A stretch of DNA of 64,000 nt, taken from an uncultured Bacillales bacterium (GTDB lineage: Bacteria; Bacillota_I; Bacilli_A; RFN20; CAG-826). This document shows positions 1 to 9,584 of the stretch, piece by piece. The first letter of the stretch is position 1, and every line of letters starts with the position of its first letter. Under the pieces are notes generated by a model, which was not told where the DNA came from, ran no database searches, and worked only from the letters and a program-made list of their open reading frames with translations. The stretch spans positions 603 through 64,602 of the forward strand of contig CAMUVS010000004.1 in the NCBI GenBank assembly GCA_947164155.1. The letters are read 5' to 3'. The position numbers and the translations under genes are program-made.

Positions 1-191
1 CTGCATTAGAGTATATTTCTAACGATAAGAATGGTTATATAGTCGATATAAATAATATTGAAGAAATTAAATCTTCTATGTCTAAAGCGTTAAAATTAGA
101 AAAAGATAAAATTAGAGAATCTATTTCTAACAATACATTTGAAAAATCAGCAGAAGCTATCTATAAAATTTTAAAAGAGATTTATGAGTAG
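1..191 (+). CDS. 3' end of a glycosyltransferase-like gene (start lies upstream of the window)
   Basis: Frame 3 is open from the window edge to TAG at 189-191 (...NGYIVDINNIEEIKSSMSKAL...KILKEIYE*). The stop overlaps the ATG of the next glycosyltransferase ORF. Context is a glycan locus. Confidence 0.5.
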   Translation, partial: ALEYISNDKNGYIVDINNIEEIKSSMSKALKLEKDKIRESISNNTFEKSAEAIYKILKEIYE

Positions 192-1323
192 AGTACTATA
201 TTTAACAAACGCTGTTAGTCAATCAATGTTTAAGGAATACTTAAAAAAATGGAAAGTGTCTCCTAATTTAAGTAACCAAAATTTTCATAATAAATTGATT
301 AGAGCCATTGCAAAGTTTGATAAGGTAGACGTTATTTCTATTAGACCAATTAATTCTAATTTTACGGATAAAAAACTACCTCAATTAGTGGAAGATGAAT
401 TTAACATCTCCTGGAGATATCCAAAAGTTTCTACTAGTAGAGTTGCAAAGTACTTATTTTTAAATAATAGAATTAAAAAAGTTTTACCTAATAACGAGAA
501 AATTGAGGCGATATTAGTTGATACTTTAAACATGTCTTTATTAAAGTCTGCGATTAGAATTAAAAAGACTTATAAATGCAAAATAATAGGGATCTGTACG
601 GATAATCCAAATAATATATCTTTTACATCAAGTTCTTACAAAAACAAATTAATCAAGTTAGGGCAATCTCTAGATGGCTATATTTGTTTAACTTCTGCGA
701 TCTCTAATTTATATAACAAAGCTAATAAACCAGTACTACAAATTGATGGAGTATCAGAAGAATATGAATCTACTTCCAAGCCTATAATCAACGAACAATA
801 TATCTACTTCGGTGGTTCTTTAATGGAAGAATATGGAGTCTATTCTTTAATTGAGGCATATAAATGTATTAATTCAAAAGATATCAAATTAGTGTTATGC
901 GGACATCATGTAAATATTAATAAGCTTAATTCTGCTATAAAGGATAATAAAAACATTATTTATCTTGGCCCTGTCAGTTATGAAGATAATTTAAATCTTA
1001 TTAAGAATTCATTATTCTCAATTAACCCTAGACCTATAAATCCAAAAATTGATGAATATTCGATTCCAAGTAAAACCTTGGAGTGTATCTCTTTAGGTGT
1101 TTTAAATATCACTGTTAATAACATGTTATTAAAAGAACACTATGATGATTGCATTATTTGGGCCAAATCATCTAGTAAAGAAGATTTAATTGACGCAATA
1201 AATAAAGCTTTAACTCTTTCTAAAATGGAAACGGATAGAATCATTAAAACCGCAAAAGAAAAAGTCATGGAACGTACTTCTTTAGAAATTATTGGAAAGC
1301 AAGTCCACGACTTAATTATTTGA
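184..1323 (+). CDS. Glycosyltransferase (GT1/GT4-like fold)
   Basis: 379-aa ORF. The C-terminal half has a GT-B-like pattern (YIYFGGSLMEEYGV...LVLCGH...PSKTLE). It overlaps the upstream glycosyltransferase stop and sits in a glycan locus. Confidence 0.6.
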   Translation: MSRVLYLTNAVSQSMFKEYLKKWKVSPNLSNQNFHNKLIRAIAKFDKVDVISIRPINSNFTDKKLPQLVEDEFNISWRYPKVSTSRVAKYLFLNNRIKKVLPNNEKIEAILVDTLNMSLLKSAIRIKKTYKCKIIGICTDNPNNISFTSSSYKNKLIKLGQSLDGYICLTSAISNLYNKANKPVLQIDGVSEEYESTSKPIINEQYIYFGGSLMEEYGVYSLIEAYKCINSKDIKLVLCGHHVNINKLNSAIKDNKNIIYLGPVSYEDNLNLIKNSLFSINPRPINPKIDEYSIPSKTLECISLGVLNITVNNMLLKEHYDDCIIWAKSSSKEDLIDAINKALTLSKMETDRIIKTAKEKVMERTSLEIIGKQVHDLII

Positions 1324-2491
1324 ATTCTTTTTCTATTTTGTCAGTCACAGTTCTTAAAGAGAAATGCGAATCATAATACATCTTATTAAGCTTGCCAAGA
1401 CGAGCTTTTTCTTTTTCACTCAAATTAGAAATTGCTAATAAAGCATTTTTAACTGATTCAGGGTTTTCATCTGCTAAGAAAGCGCCACCAGAATCCTCTA
1501 ATACATCTTTCCCGTCTCCTTTAAGCACTCCAACTATTGGTCGAGCAAAGGCCAAGGACATCATTAATTTACTAGGAATAGTCTTGCCAACAGTGCCTTC
1601 TCCTTTTAAAGAGATATATAACGCATCTGCACGCTTAAAATATGCAGCGGCAAGTTTAGCAACAATAGGGCCGTGATAAATAACCTTATTTTCTAACCCT
1701 CTTTCCTTAATTGAGTTAATTAAATATTCACTCATTGGTCCCATTCCTATAACATGGAAATAGATATCTTCATCTTTTAATAAGCTCATCGCTTCAATAA
1801 TTAGAGGAATTTGTTGAATTAATCCTAAATTTCCACAATAAAGGATGTGAGTCCCTGTCCCATAATCAAAAGCGGCTATATCACTATCTTCCACCAAAGA
1901 ACATTGAGGGACATACTTAATATTATTTACTGGCAATTTGAGGGTATTTTCGAAATAATCCTTAAAACTTGGCGAGGAAATTAAAATCTTATCAGCCTTA
2001 GAGTAAATTGATCTACTCCAATGGTATAATCGACGATAAATAAATGAATTTTTCCTAACAGCATGGGTCACAACTGTACTTTCTGGCCATAAATCCAAGC
2101 AGTGGATTATATGTTTAACTCCATGCTTTTTAGCATATAAATTACCTGCGCAACAAATAGTAACAGGAGATAAACTCATTGAGTAAACATAGTCAAATTC
2201 AAGTTTTGTCTTTCTAACCCACTTCTTTGAATTTCTCCAAAAAGATAAATAATTTCTAATAATTGATATTCTATTCTTTTTTCGTGGATATAACTTAACT
2301 CTATGAATATTTACTCCATTCACTACTTCTTCAGAGATATTTTTATAAGCGGGGAGAATATAACCATAACCATAATTTGGTTTGCCAGTTAAAACATGAA
2401 CTTCATATCCATCCATCACCATTTGCTCAGCAATTTTGGTGATAATGAAGTTCTCAGGATAGTAATACTGACAAACAATTAAGATTTTCAT
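1316..2491 (-). CDS. Glycosyltransferase family 4 (WcaI-like)
   Basis: 391-aa ORF. N-terminus MKILIVCQYYYPENF...GYEVHVLTGKPNY is typical of WcaI-type GT4 enzymes. The C-terminal GT-B half is present. Confidence 0.8.
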   Translation of the reverse strand: MKILIVCQYYYPENFIITKIAEQMVMDGYEVHVLTGKPNYGYGYILPAYKNISEEVVNGVNIHRVKLYPRKKNRISIIRNYLSFWRNSKKWVRKTKLEFDYVYSMSLSPVTICCAGNLYAKKHGVKHIIHCLDLWPESTVVTHAVRKNSFIYRRLYHWSRSIYSKADKILISSPSFKDYFENTLKLPVNNIKYVPQCSLVEDSDIAAFDYGTGTHILYCGNLGLIQQIPLIIEAMSLLKDEDIYFHVIGMGPMSEYLINSIKERGLENKVIYHGPIVAKLAAAYFKRADALYISLKGEGTVGKTIPSKLMMSLAFARPIVGVLKGDGKDVLEDSGGAFLADENPESVKNALLAISNLSEKEKARLGKLNKMYYDSHFSLRTVTDKIEKEFK

Positions 2492-2530
2492 ATTTTTAAT
2501 TTTAACAAAGTTAATAGCCTTAATAAATAA

Positions 2531-3337
2531 TTAGAATTGAATACAATCTAGTAACATCATCACAACAAATCCAATAATAAAAGCCCATACACCAAGATGA
2601 TCATGTTCATTTTCTTTGATTTCAGGAATCATTTCTTCTGCTACAACATAAATCATACATCCAGCAGCAAAGGCTAATGCCCAAGGCATAACTTCTTGAA
2701 TTTGCATAGCAAAGAATAAACCAATAACCGCCGCAATTGGTTCTACAATTCCTGAGAACATTCCAAATAAGAATGCTTTCATTGATTTTCCTGTGTCAGC
2801 TTTAATAGGTAAAGATACAGCAGCTCCTTCGGTAACATTTTGTATACCGATACCAACCGCTAAAAATAAAGCGCCCATTAATAAAGTGTGATTGTTAGGA
2901 TTTGCTAAAGCAACTCCAAATGCCACTCCAACAGATAAACCTTCAGGAATATTATGAATAGTGACCGCTAAGAACATCTTTTGGTCTTTATTTAAGTGTC
3001 TAGTTTTAATACCTTCTTCGTTATTATTTGCTACGTGTAGGTGAGGTACTAACTTATCAATACCCCATAAGAACAAAGCTCCAACAATAACTGATATACC
3101 AGCAATAACGGATGGAGGCATATATGTAACATTAGATTCAAATATAGCGGGTTTTAATAATCCGAAAAATGATGCAGATAGCATCACTCCGGAAGCAAAT
3201 CCTGTAAAGATTCTTCCAATCCTTTTAGTTAAACCTTTTTTACCAAAGAAGAATACTAATCCAGAACCGATTGTTGTAGCCGCAAAGATAACTGCAGTAC
3301 CAATAATTGCATAAACATAATCAGGCATATTTTCCAA
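2531..3337 (-). CDS. ZIP family divalent metal (zinc) transporter, ZupT-like
   Basis: 268-aa polytopic ORF with the ZIP signature HNIPEGLSVGVAFG and a His-rich loop (HLHVANNNEEG). Confidence 0.85.
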   Translation of the reverse strand: MENMPDYVYAIIGTAVIFAATTIGSGLVFFFGKKGLTKRIGRIFTGFASGVMLSASFFGLLKPAIFESNVTYMPPSVIAGISVIVGALFLWGIDKLVPHLHVANNNEEGIKTRHLNKDQKMFLAVTIHNIPEGLSVGVAFGVALANPNNHTLLMGALFLAVGIGIQNVTEGAAVSLPIKADTGKSMKAFLFGMFSGIVEPIAAVIGLFFAMQIQEVMPWALAFAAGCMIYVVAEEMIPEIKENEHDHLGVWAFIIGFVVMMLLDCIQF

Positions 3338-3423
3338 AACCTCGCTGTATATTATATAGTAGAGTACTACATATTTGAAAAATTATTTTCAAAAGTCGTA
3401 GTATCAAGTTTATAATTAAACTC

Positions 3424-4938
3424 ATGAACGATAGAACACGTACTAATGTCATCATTAATATCTCTCGTACTTTAATATTAACGATATTATCCTTTATGAC
3501 ATTCCCATGGGTTTGTCGATATTTAGGATCCGCTCAAGTTGGTATTTATACTTGGTGCAATACCTTTGTTTTATATTTTCTAGTTTTAGCTAAAGTTGGT
3601 ATTCCTAATTTAGCTATTAGAGAATGCGTTAAAGTCAAAGATGATAAGGAAAAGCTATCTAATAAAGTACAAACATTCTTCTTAATTCAAATGATAACTA
3701 CATTATTATCTTTTGGATTAATGTGCTCATTAGTGTTTACTGTTCCTGATTTAAAAAACAATAATGAAGTAATCTTCCTTTTATCAATCAACTTCCTTTC
3801 AGGAGCGTTCTCTTTTGAATGGCTATTTATTGCTTTAGAAAAACAGTTCTATATGTCTGTTAGAAGTATTGCAGTACTAGCCTTATCAACTTTATTAATT
3901 ATTATCTTTGTCACCAATCCAGGTGATATATATATCTACGCTTTAATTACTGCTTCTGTTACATTAGTAACCACAGTGGCAAACTTAATATATTCTAGGA
4001 AATTTATTTCCTATAAAAAGACTATGCCCTATGAATTTAAGCAATATATCAAACCACTTTTAGTGTTATTCTCTATTACTCTTATCATCTCTTTTTATAA
4101 CCAAACTGATACATTCATCTTAGGATTTATTGATAAAGGAAAAGGCGAAGTTGCTTCTTATTCAGTAGGTGTTAAAGGAATTGATATTATTATTGGTATT
4201 ATCACCGCTTTAAGCACTGTCTTTATTCCTCGAGCAGCAATATGCTACGCTCAAGAAGATAAGAAATACTTTAATAGACTAAATAAATACTCCATAAACA
4301 TTTGTCTATTTATTGTCTTGCCTGCAATAGCGACAATGACTATGCTCGCCTCTCCTATTACTGCTTTAATTTCTGGTAACTATGATTTCTCAGAAGGCTT
4401 AGGATATGTTAACGCTCCAGCAGTTTTAATCATCCTTTGTAGCATGATGGTTACCTACTCAATAAGCGATATCATATATGGACAAATTCTTCTTCCGATG
4501 AAAAAAGAAAGATATTATCTATACGCTTTATTAGGCGGAACTATATTAAACATTGCCTTATCAATCGTATTTGGTGCGGTGGTATTTAAAGATAAACCTG
4601 CAATTGGGGTTGCTATTGGCACTGCTGTTACCGACTTATTTATTCTTGTTTATTTACTTGCAGTTACTTGGAAGTGGATTTCTAAAGCAGTCTTTAATTT
4701 TAATTCGTTAAAAATATTAATCGCCACTGTATTAGTATTAATGATGACATTTATTATTAGAGATCCAATGCATAACTTATTAGTTGGGAACGGTATTAGT
4801 ATGGCTACTAGTTACATCATCGAATTAGTGAGCATTGTTTTAATTGATGCCATTATCTATATCGGAGTGTTAATTCTATTAAAAGAAGATTTAGTGTGTT
4901 CGTTTTCTAGAAAAAGGAGAGCAAATAACAATGTCTAA
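3424..4938 (+). CDS. Polysaccharide flippase (Wzx-like, MOP/PST superfamily)
   Basis: 504-aa ORF with about 12-14 hydrophobic segments, located next to glycosyltransferases. Confidence 0.7.
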   Translation: MNDRTRTNVIINISRTLILTILSFMTFPWVCRYLGSAQVGIYTWCNTFVLYFLVLAKVGIPNLAIRECVKVKDDKEKLSNKVQTFFLIQMITTLLSFGLMCSLVFTVPDLKNNNEVIFLLSINFLSGAFSFEWLFIALEKQFYMSVRSIAVLALSTLLIIIFVTNPGDIYIYALITASVTLVTTVANLIYSRKFISYKKTMPYEFKQYIKPLLVLFSITLIISFYNQTDTFILGFIDKGKGEVASYSVGVKGIDIIIGIITALSTVFIPRAAICYAQEDKKYFNRLNKYSINICLFIVLPAIATMTMLASPITALISGNYDFSEGLGYVNAPAVLIILCSMMVTYSISDIIYGQILLPMKKERYYLYALLGGTILNIALSIVFGAVVFKDKPAIGVAIGTAVTDLFILVYLLAVTWKWISKAVFNFNSLKILIATVLVLMMTFIIRDPMHNLLVGNGISMATSYIIELVSIVLIDAIIYIGVLILLKEDLVCSFSRKRRANNNV

Positions 4939-5836
4939 TCCTAATTTAAAAGAAAACAAATTTAAACGTGCTTTAGTTTCTCCTTTTAGAGGCTTAGTTA
5001 AAAGTATCTCTAAAAAAGGATATATCTCTTACCAATATAAATATATCACTCATCATAAGCTTGATTGGAAAGGGTTAAACCGCTATACAGAAAAACTCCA
5101 ATATCTACGTTTATATGTCTATCCAAAAAATGATTTAGTAAGTAAATGCGCTGGTCGAGTTGGAGTTAGAGAATATGTAAAAGAGCAGGGTTTTGACGAA
5201 TTATTAATCAAAACCTATGGGGTTTTTGATAGATTTGAAGATATTGATTTTTCTAAACTCCCAAATCAATTTGTCTTAAAGTGTAGTCATGGCTGTGCAA
5301 TGAATTATATATGCTATGATAAAAGTAAAATAAACTATGAGGAACTTAAAAAGAAATTTAATAAGTGGCTGAAAACAAATTATGGTAAGAAGACTTTAGA
5401 GCTCCACTACTCAAAAATTAAGCCACAAATCATTATCGAGGAGTTAATGCTTGAAAATGGTAAACTACCTACTGAATATAAGATTCATGTCTTTAATGGT
5501 AAAGCAAGAAATCTTTATGTAGTTACTTCTAGAGGAGTAGATATCCGTTATAACAACTACTATATTGATTGGACTCCATTTGATGGATCTCAATTTAATG
5601 GATGGAAAAAGACCGACTATCCTTTAAAAAAACCATCTAATTTTGAGAAGATGGTTGAAGTCGCAGAGAAATTAGCCTCTAAATTTCCGTTTGTGAGAGT
5701 AGATTTATATAACATTAATGGAAAGATTTATTTTTCAGAGATGACCTTCACCCCTGCTAAAGGAACATTAATATTAGATGATGATAAGTGTGACTTTGAA
5801 ATGGGTAAATGGCTCGATATATCTAAATATCGTTAA
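4931..5836 (+). CDS. TupA-like ATP-grasp family protein (glycan/teichuronopeptide-type modification)
   Basis: 301-aa ORF with EYKIHVFNGKARNLYVV...RVDLYNINGKIYFSEMTFTPAKG, characteristic of the TupA-like ATP-grasp family. It overlaps the flippase stop. Confidence 0.65.
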   Translation: MSNPNLKENKFKRALVSPFRGLVKSISKKGYISYQYKYITHHKLDWKGLNRYTEKLQYLRLYVYPKNDLVSKCAGRVGVREYVKEQGFDELLIKTYGVFDRFEDIDFSKLPNQFVLKCSHGCAMNYICYDKSKINYEELKKKFNKWLKTNYGKKTLELHYSKIKPQIIIEELMLENGKLPTEYKIHVFNGKARNLYVVTSRGVDIRYNNYYIDWTPFDGSQFNGWKKTDYPLKKPSNFEKMVEVAEKLASKFPFVRVDLYNINGKIYFSEMTFTPAKGTLILDDDKCDFEMGKWLDISKYR

Positions 5837-6753
5837 TTCCAACTAGTGTAAGGGAAGAATAATTCATATAAGAATAAAGCGTAGTCATCAATTGTGAGGT
5901 CTACGTTTTTTGTTTCTCCGCCTTCTTGATATGTCTTACCTTCATTATAGGAAATTAAAGCGTCTTCTAAGACTGTGAATTCTAAAGACACTCCTACTAA
6001 ACGTGATAATTCATAATCCTCTAAATCAAAGGCGATAAAGGTGTAATAATGACCATCATTAGTGTGTTTATTATCAAATTCAACATTTAATGCAAATGGG
6101 TAACCTTCAATGCCGTTTAAAGTTTTATTATATAAAGTAATAGTTAAATTAATCTTTGAGTCATGGAAAAGTTGTGTGTCTGTGCTCGCTAAAGCAGTTC
6201 CATCAACTGGATAACATTTTTTAGTGTTATCGGTAGATGCTTTTAAATTTAAAGCAAAATAATGTAAATCAGTACTTTCTTTAGAAAACCTTATAGAGAA
6301 TCCGTTTCTATTAATTTGCACTCTTCCAAGTTGATATGCATATTCTGGACGTCCGTTTTGTCCGCCGCACACCATTTGTCCATCGAATAATTTAGATTGA
6401 TAACCATAATTAAATGAATCGTCAACACTATTCATTTTAAAATCACTAGCGAACTCTTCTAAGCCTGGATCAGCTTCAAAATAATTTGGATCAATTTCTC
6501 CTAATCCAGTAATCGTGTTATCTCCAAAATAACTATAGTTAATTCCAGTTATTAAAGCTTCATTAGTAACATCAATAACTTCTTTTTTATGAGCGGATTT
6601 TAACTCATTATCCCAGTGAGTATAATAATTTTCAGAAAACTTTGCAGAAGTATATTTATTACCTTCCACCAAATAAGAAGAACTATAACCACATGAAACA
6701 ATCGCAGTTAGAGGTAAAAATAATAAGTATTTCATTTTTTTACTCATTAACAA
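5833..6753 (-). CDS. Lipoprotein of unknown function
   Basis: 306-aa ORF with a signal peptide and lipobox (LTAIVSC-G). The start may be one of the internal Met residues (MSKKMKY...). Confidence 0.5.
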   Translation of the reverse strand: MLMSKKMKYLLFLPLTAIVSCGYSSSYLVEGNKYTSAKFSENYYTHWDNELKSAHKKEVIDVTNEALITGINYSYFGDNTITGLGEIDPNYFEADPGLEEFASDFKMNSVDDSFNYGYQSKLFDGQMVCGGQNGRPEYAYQLGRVQINRNGFSIRFSKESTDLHYFALNLKASTDNTKKCYPVDGTALASTDTQLFHDSKINLTITLYNKTLNGIEGYPFALNVEFDNKHTNDGHYYTFIAFDLEDYELSRLVGVSLEFTVLEDALISYNEGKTYQEGGETKNVDLTIDDYALFLYELFFPYTSWN

Positions 6754-8113
6754 TTTCCTCCTTTGGTGTTTCTATTTCCACTCTTGATTTACAAATAACA
6801 TAAGAAAGCATAAAGATCATTAAGATAAATGGAGAAGTTAAATATAACGGCTTATAAACGTTATAGTATAACGTATATTCTCCTTCATTAAAGAAAGCAC
6901 TATAGCCAACAAAAACAATTAAAAATAGTAACATTGTAGCCTGCAATCTAAATTCATCTTTATGCGAATAAAAATATTTTTTGAATGATTTAAAGCCAAG
7001 GAATATAAAAGTAAAGATGGCAAATGCTCCAATCACCCCGCTAGTCATGAAGCTATCAAAGATAAAGAAACCTGATAAACTCACTTCATCAATGACGCTA
7101 GGTGCGACTTGATTGCCATAGAATCCTAAAAATTTACTACTTGAGAATAAATTAATTAATATTGGATTAACCCTTCTAGCGTATCTATTAGAGTTAAATA
7201 TTCTATCTAAAATACCGGTAAAGGAATTACTCATTCCAGTAGCGACTGCAATTACATAAAATAAATATCCTAATAAGGCTAAGCCTAATAGAATAAATAA
7301 AATAATCTTAAAGACTTTTCTAGTTTTAACATAAGTCTTACCTAGATAAATCACTAAGACTAATAATGCAGTAGCGATAATTCCACCTAGCGATAATAAG
7401 GAAGGAATAAACGCTAGAGCAAATAAGGCTAATAAAGTAAAAACTGAATAAGTAATGAAATATCCTTTTTCTTTTTTAGGTGAGGTGAATAATAACATCA
7501 CACTGCTAGATAATAAAAGTAATGGGAATAAAACATAATGAGCCATCTTTACTTCAACAAATTTAAACCCTTCTAATACATAGGCAAATTCGTTTACCGG
7601 AAGCTCGCTTTTAATGCCAGAGTAATATAAGTAATATCCTTTATAAACGATTGGATAAAACGCTCCAAAACTAATTAAGTTATAAATAAAGTTTATAAGA
7701 ACATAAACCGCTAAAGCAGAAAATATCACTGTGATAAATGTCTTTAATTTGAAGTTCTTATCAATGCTTAATAAATATCCATTAAAGGCCATAGCTAATA
7801 AGCCTAAAGGAATAAAGACTGTTTCAGCCCAAGAAAAATGGCCAAACACTTTAGTGTGCACCGTGTTATAGTTACCAACTGCAGTTAATAAAACAAATAA
7901 GAATAAAGGAATAAAAAATAAAGCAACACTAGAAAGACCTTTAGTTTTAATCTCTGCAATATTAAATAAGACTAACAAAAGGCATAACGCTAAAGATAAA
8001 GAACCAAATAAAACAAATGATCCACTATAGTTAAAAGCAATTAAAGCAAAGAATTCAAAAGCTAAAAAAGTAATTGCAGCACTATATTTGCCAAGAAGCT
8101 TCAATTTATTCAT
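6740..8113 (-). CDS. Polytopic membrane protein, possibly an O-antigen polymerase/ligase-like (Wzy/WaaL-type) enzyme
   Basis: 457-aa ORF with more than 10 hydrophobic segments, near the glycan locus. No diagnostic motif was recognised. Confidence 0.35.
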   Translation of the reverse strand: MNKLKLLGKYSAAITFLAFEFFALIAFNYSGSFVLFGSLSLALCLLLVLFNIAEIKTKGLSSVALFFIPLFLFVLLTAVGNYNTVHTKVFGHFSWAETVFIPLGLLAMAFNGYLLSIDKNFKLKTFITVIFSALAVYVLINFIYNLISFGAFYPIVYKGYYLYYSGIKSELPVNEFAYVLEGFKFVEVKMAHYVLFPLLLLSSSVMLLFTSPKKEKGYFITYSVFTLLALFALAFIPSLLSLGGIIATALLVLVIYLGKTYVKTRKVFKIILFILLGLALLGYLFYVIAVATGMSNSFTGILDRIFNSNRYARRVNPILINLFSSSKFLGFYGNQVAPSVIDEVSLSGFFIFDSFMTSGVIGAFAIFTFIFLGFKSFKKYFYSHKDEFRLQATMLLFLIVFVGYSAFFNEGEYTLYYNVYKPLYLTSPFILMIFMLSYVICKSRVEIETPKEEIVNE

Positions 8114-8170
8114 ATGAATAATGATAATACATTTTTAAATAAATAAAAATAGCGATATATTTCGCTATTT

Positions 8171-8317
8171 CTAGAATAATAATTCATCAAGGTCAATTAT
8201 TTCGTCTACATCATCGATATCTGAATAATCGTTGTAGTTTTCAATGACTTCGATGACTTCAACAGTCTCTTCATCATTATTCATCACTTTATCATTTGGT
8301 CCAAGATATAGATTCAT
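8171..8317 (-). CDS. Small, highly acidic protein (48 aa), unknown function
   Basis: An internal ATG at 8317 is preceded by AGGGGAAATT. Product is MNLYLGPNDKVMNNDEETVEVIEVIENYNDYSDIDDVDEIIDLDELLF. The longer track ORF (to 8380) has no RBS. Confidence 0.35.
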   Translation of the reverse strand: MNLYLGPNDKVMNNDEETVEVIEVIENYNDYSDIDDVDEIIDLDELLF

Positions 8318-8442
8318 AATTTCCCCTACGCGAAAAAGAATAACATACTTATATAAATATAAAAAAACTGTTTTTCTCAATTATTGGACACTGTCCAAAT
8401 AATGTGGAAAACTCAGTTTTTCTATTTTTTAAATTAAATTAA

Positions 8443-9492
8443 CTATTCAGCTTTTGGAGCTTCTTCTTTAGAGGCAGCTTTACCAGCTAAGACTTTATTA
8501 ACGATAGCGCATCCTAAAGTTAAAGCAACAAAGACAAATGTCATGATGCCGCCAATACCAATACCGTAGTCTTTATTAGCGACAAAGCAAAGAATAACGC
8601 CAACTACAGAAAGTCCTAACCAAACAGAAGACTTAACGATTGATGATTTTGCATAATCAACATCTTTCTTTTCTGAAAGTTTGAAGCCATTAGTAAGAAC
8701 CATTTTGCCAAATCCAAGACCGACAAATAACATGGCAGCGCCCAAGAAGGCCATAATAACAGGAACGTAGTCTGGAGTTAATCCGGAACCAGCAGAAGCA
8801 GCAACACCACCGATTAAGCCGCAAAGATAAGCAACTAATCCACCTTTAGAATATTCTGAAGCAACTGGAGCGAAGAACATGAGCATAATAGCAACAACAG
8901 CTAATGCAGAAGTGCCAACACCAAGAATTCTTGTGAGAAGTGGTTCTTCTTTTCTAGTAACTACAACATATGCACCTGCAGCGCATAATGCGAGTAAGCC
9001 ACTAATTAAGACCATGACAGCACCAGCGCCTAAGCTTGTAGTAAGCGCCGCACCATATCCTAAATTTGTTTTAGAGTAGAAAATCGCTAAAACGAGAGTA
9101 GCGTAAGTTAAACACATAGCTCCAAATGAAACTAATTGTTTAATGGCTGGTTTGTTATCTTCAGGTTTAGAAATAGATTTGATTGATTTAACAAGAAGAA
9201 TAATCGATTTCACTAAACCCATGATTGCAAAGACTGCAAACACGACAACGAATGTGAGTAAGTTCAACATTCTACCAATTAAAGTACCTAATTGACCACC
9301 TTGAGCTTGACCCATTTGTTTGAATAAGTCAAATAAGTCGCTAATGATGCTATAGGCACTAGCGCTTTCTGATGCGCCGGCAGCAGATGCACTAATTGGT
9401 GGAAGAGCAAACATACCAACAATGAATAAAACGATAACTAAAAATGCAGTACAGTTAACGATAATATTCATTACTTTGTTTGATTTTTCCAT
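8443..9492 (-). CDS. Ala/Gly-rich polytopic membrane protein, unknown function
   Basis: 349-aa ORF with an N-terminal hydrophobic segment and about 9 predicted TM stretches. Confidence 0.5.
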   Translation of the reverse strand: MEKSNKVMNIIVNCTAFLVIVLFIVGMFALPPISASAAGASESASAYSIISDLFDLFKQMGQAQGGQLGTLIGRMLNLLTFVVVFAVFAIMGLVKSIILLVKSIKSISKPEDNKPAIKQLVSFGAMCLTYATLVLAIFYSKTNLGYGAALTTSLGAGAVMVLISGLLALCAAGAYVVVTRKEEPLLTRILGVGTSALAVVAIMLMFFAPVASEYSKGGLVAYLCGLIGGVAASAGSGLTPDYVPVIMAFLGAAMLFVGLGFGKMVLTNGFKLSEKKDVDYAKSSIVKSSVWLGLSVVGVILCFVANKDYGIGIGGIMTFVFVALTLGCAIVNKVLAGKAASKEEAPKAE

Positions 9493-9584
9493 ATATAAAA
9501 AATCCCCTTTCTACTTTTAGAATAATGAAAAAAGTGATACCAGTCAAAGACCAATATCACTTGTATAGATTGCATCAAAACTTT

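Noticed and set aside
1392-1676. 94-aa plus-strand ORF
   Set aside because: It is antisense to and nested within the well-supported GT4 glycosyltransferase gene. Similar nested antisense ORFs were rejected for the same reason: 8879..9079, 9480..9761, 21573..21809, 22280..22612, 24443..24751, 25008..25256, 26473..26685, 27377..27628, 28465..28665, 30656..30889, 32227..32439 and 33169..33387. So were 34303..34497, 36239..36442, 38278..38512, 39757..39963, 41617..41973, 42950..43195, 43917..44132, 44917..45129 and 45231..45422. The remaining ones are 48057..48335, 49140..49552, 50219..50422, 54005..54202, 55460..55824, 56800..57051, 57150..57338, 59859..60053 and 62297..62515.
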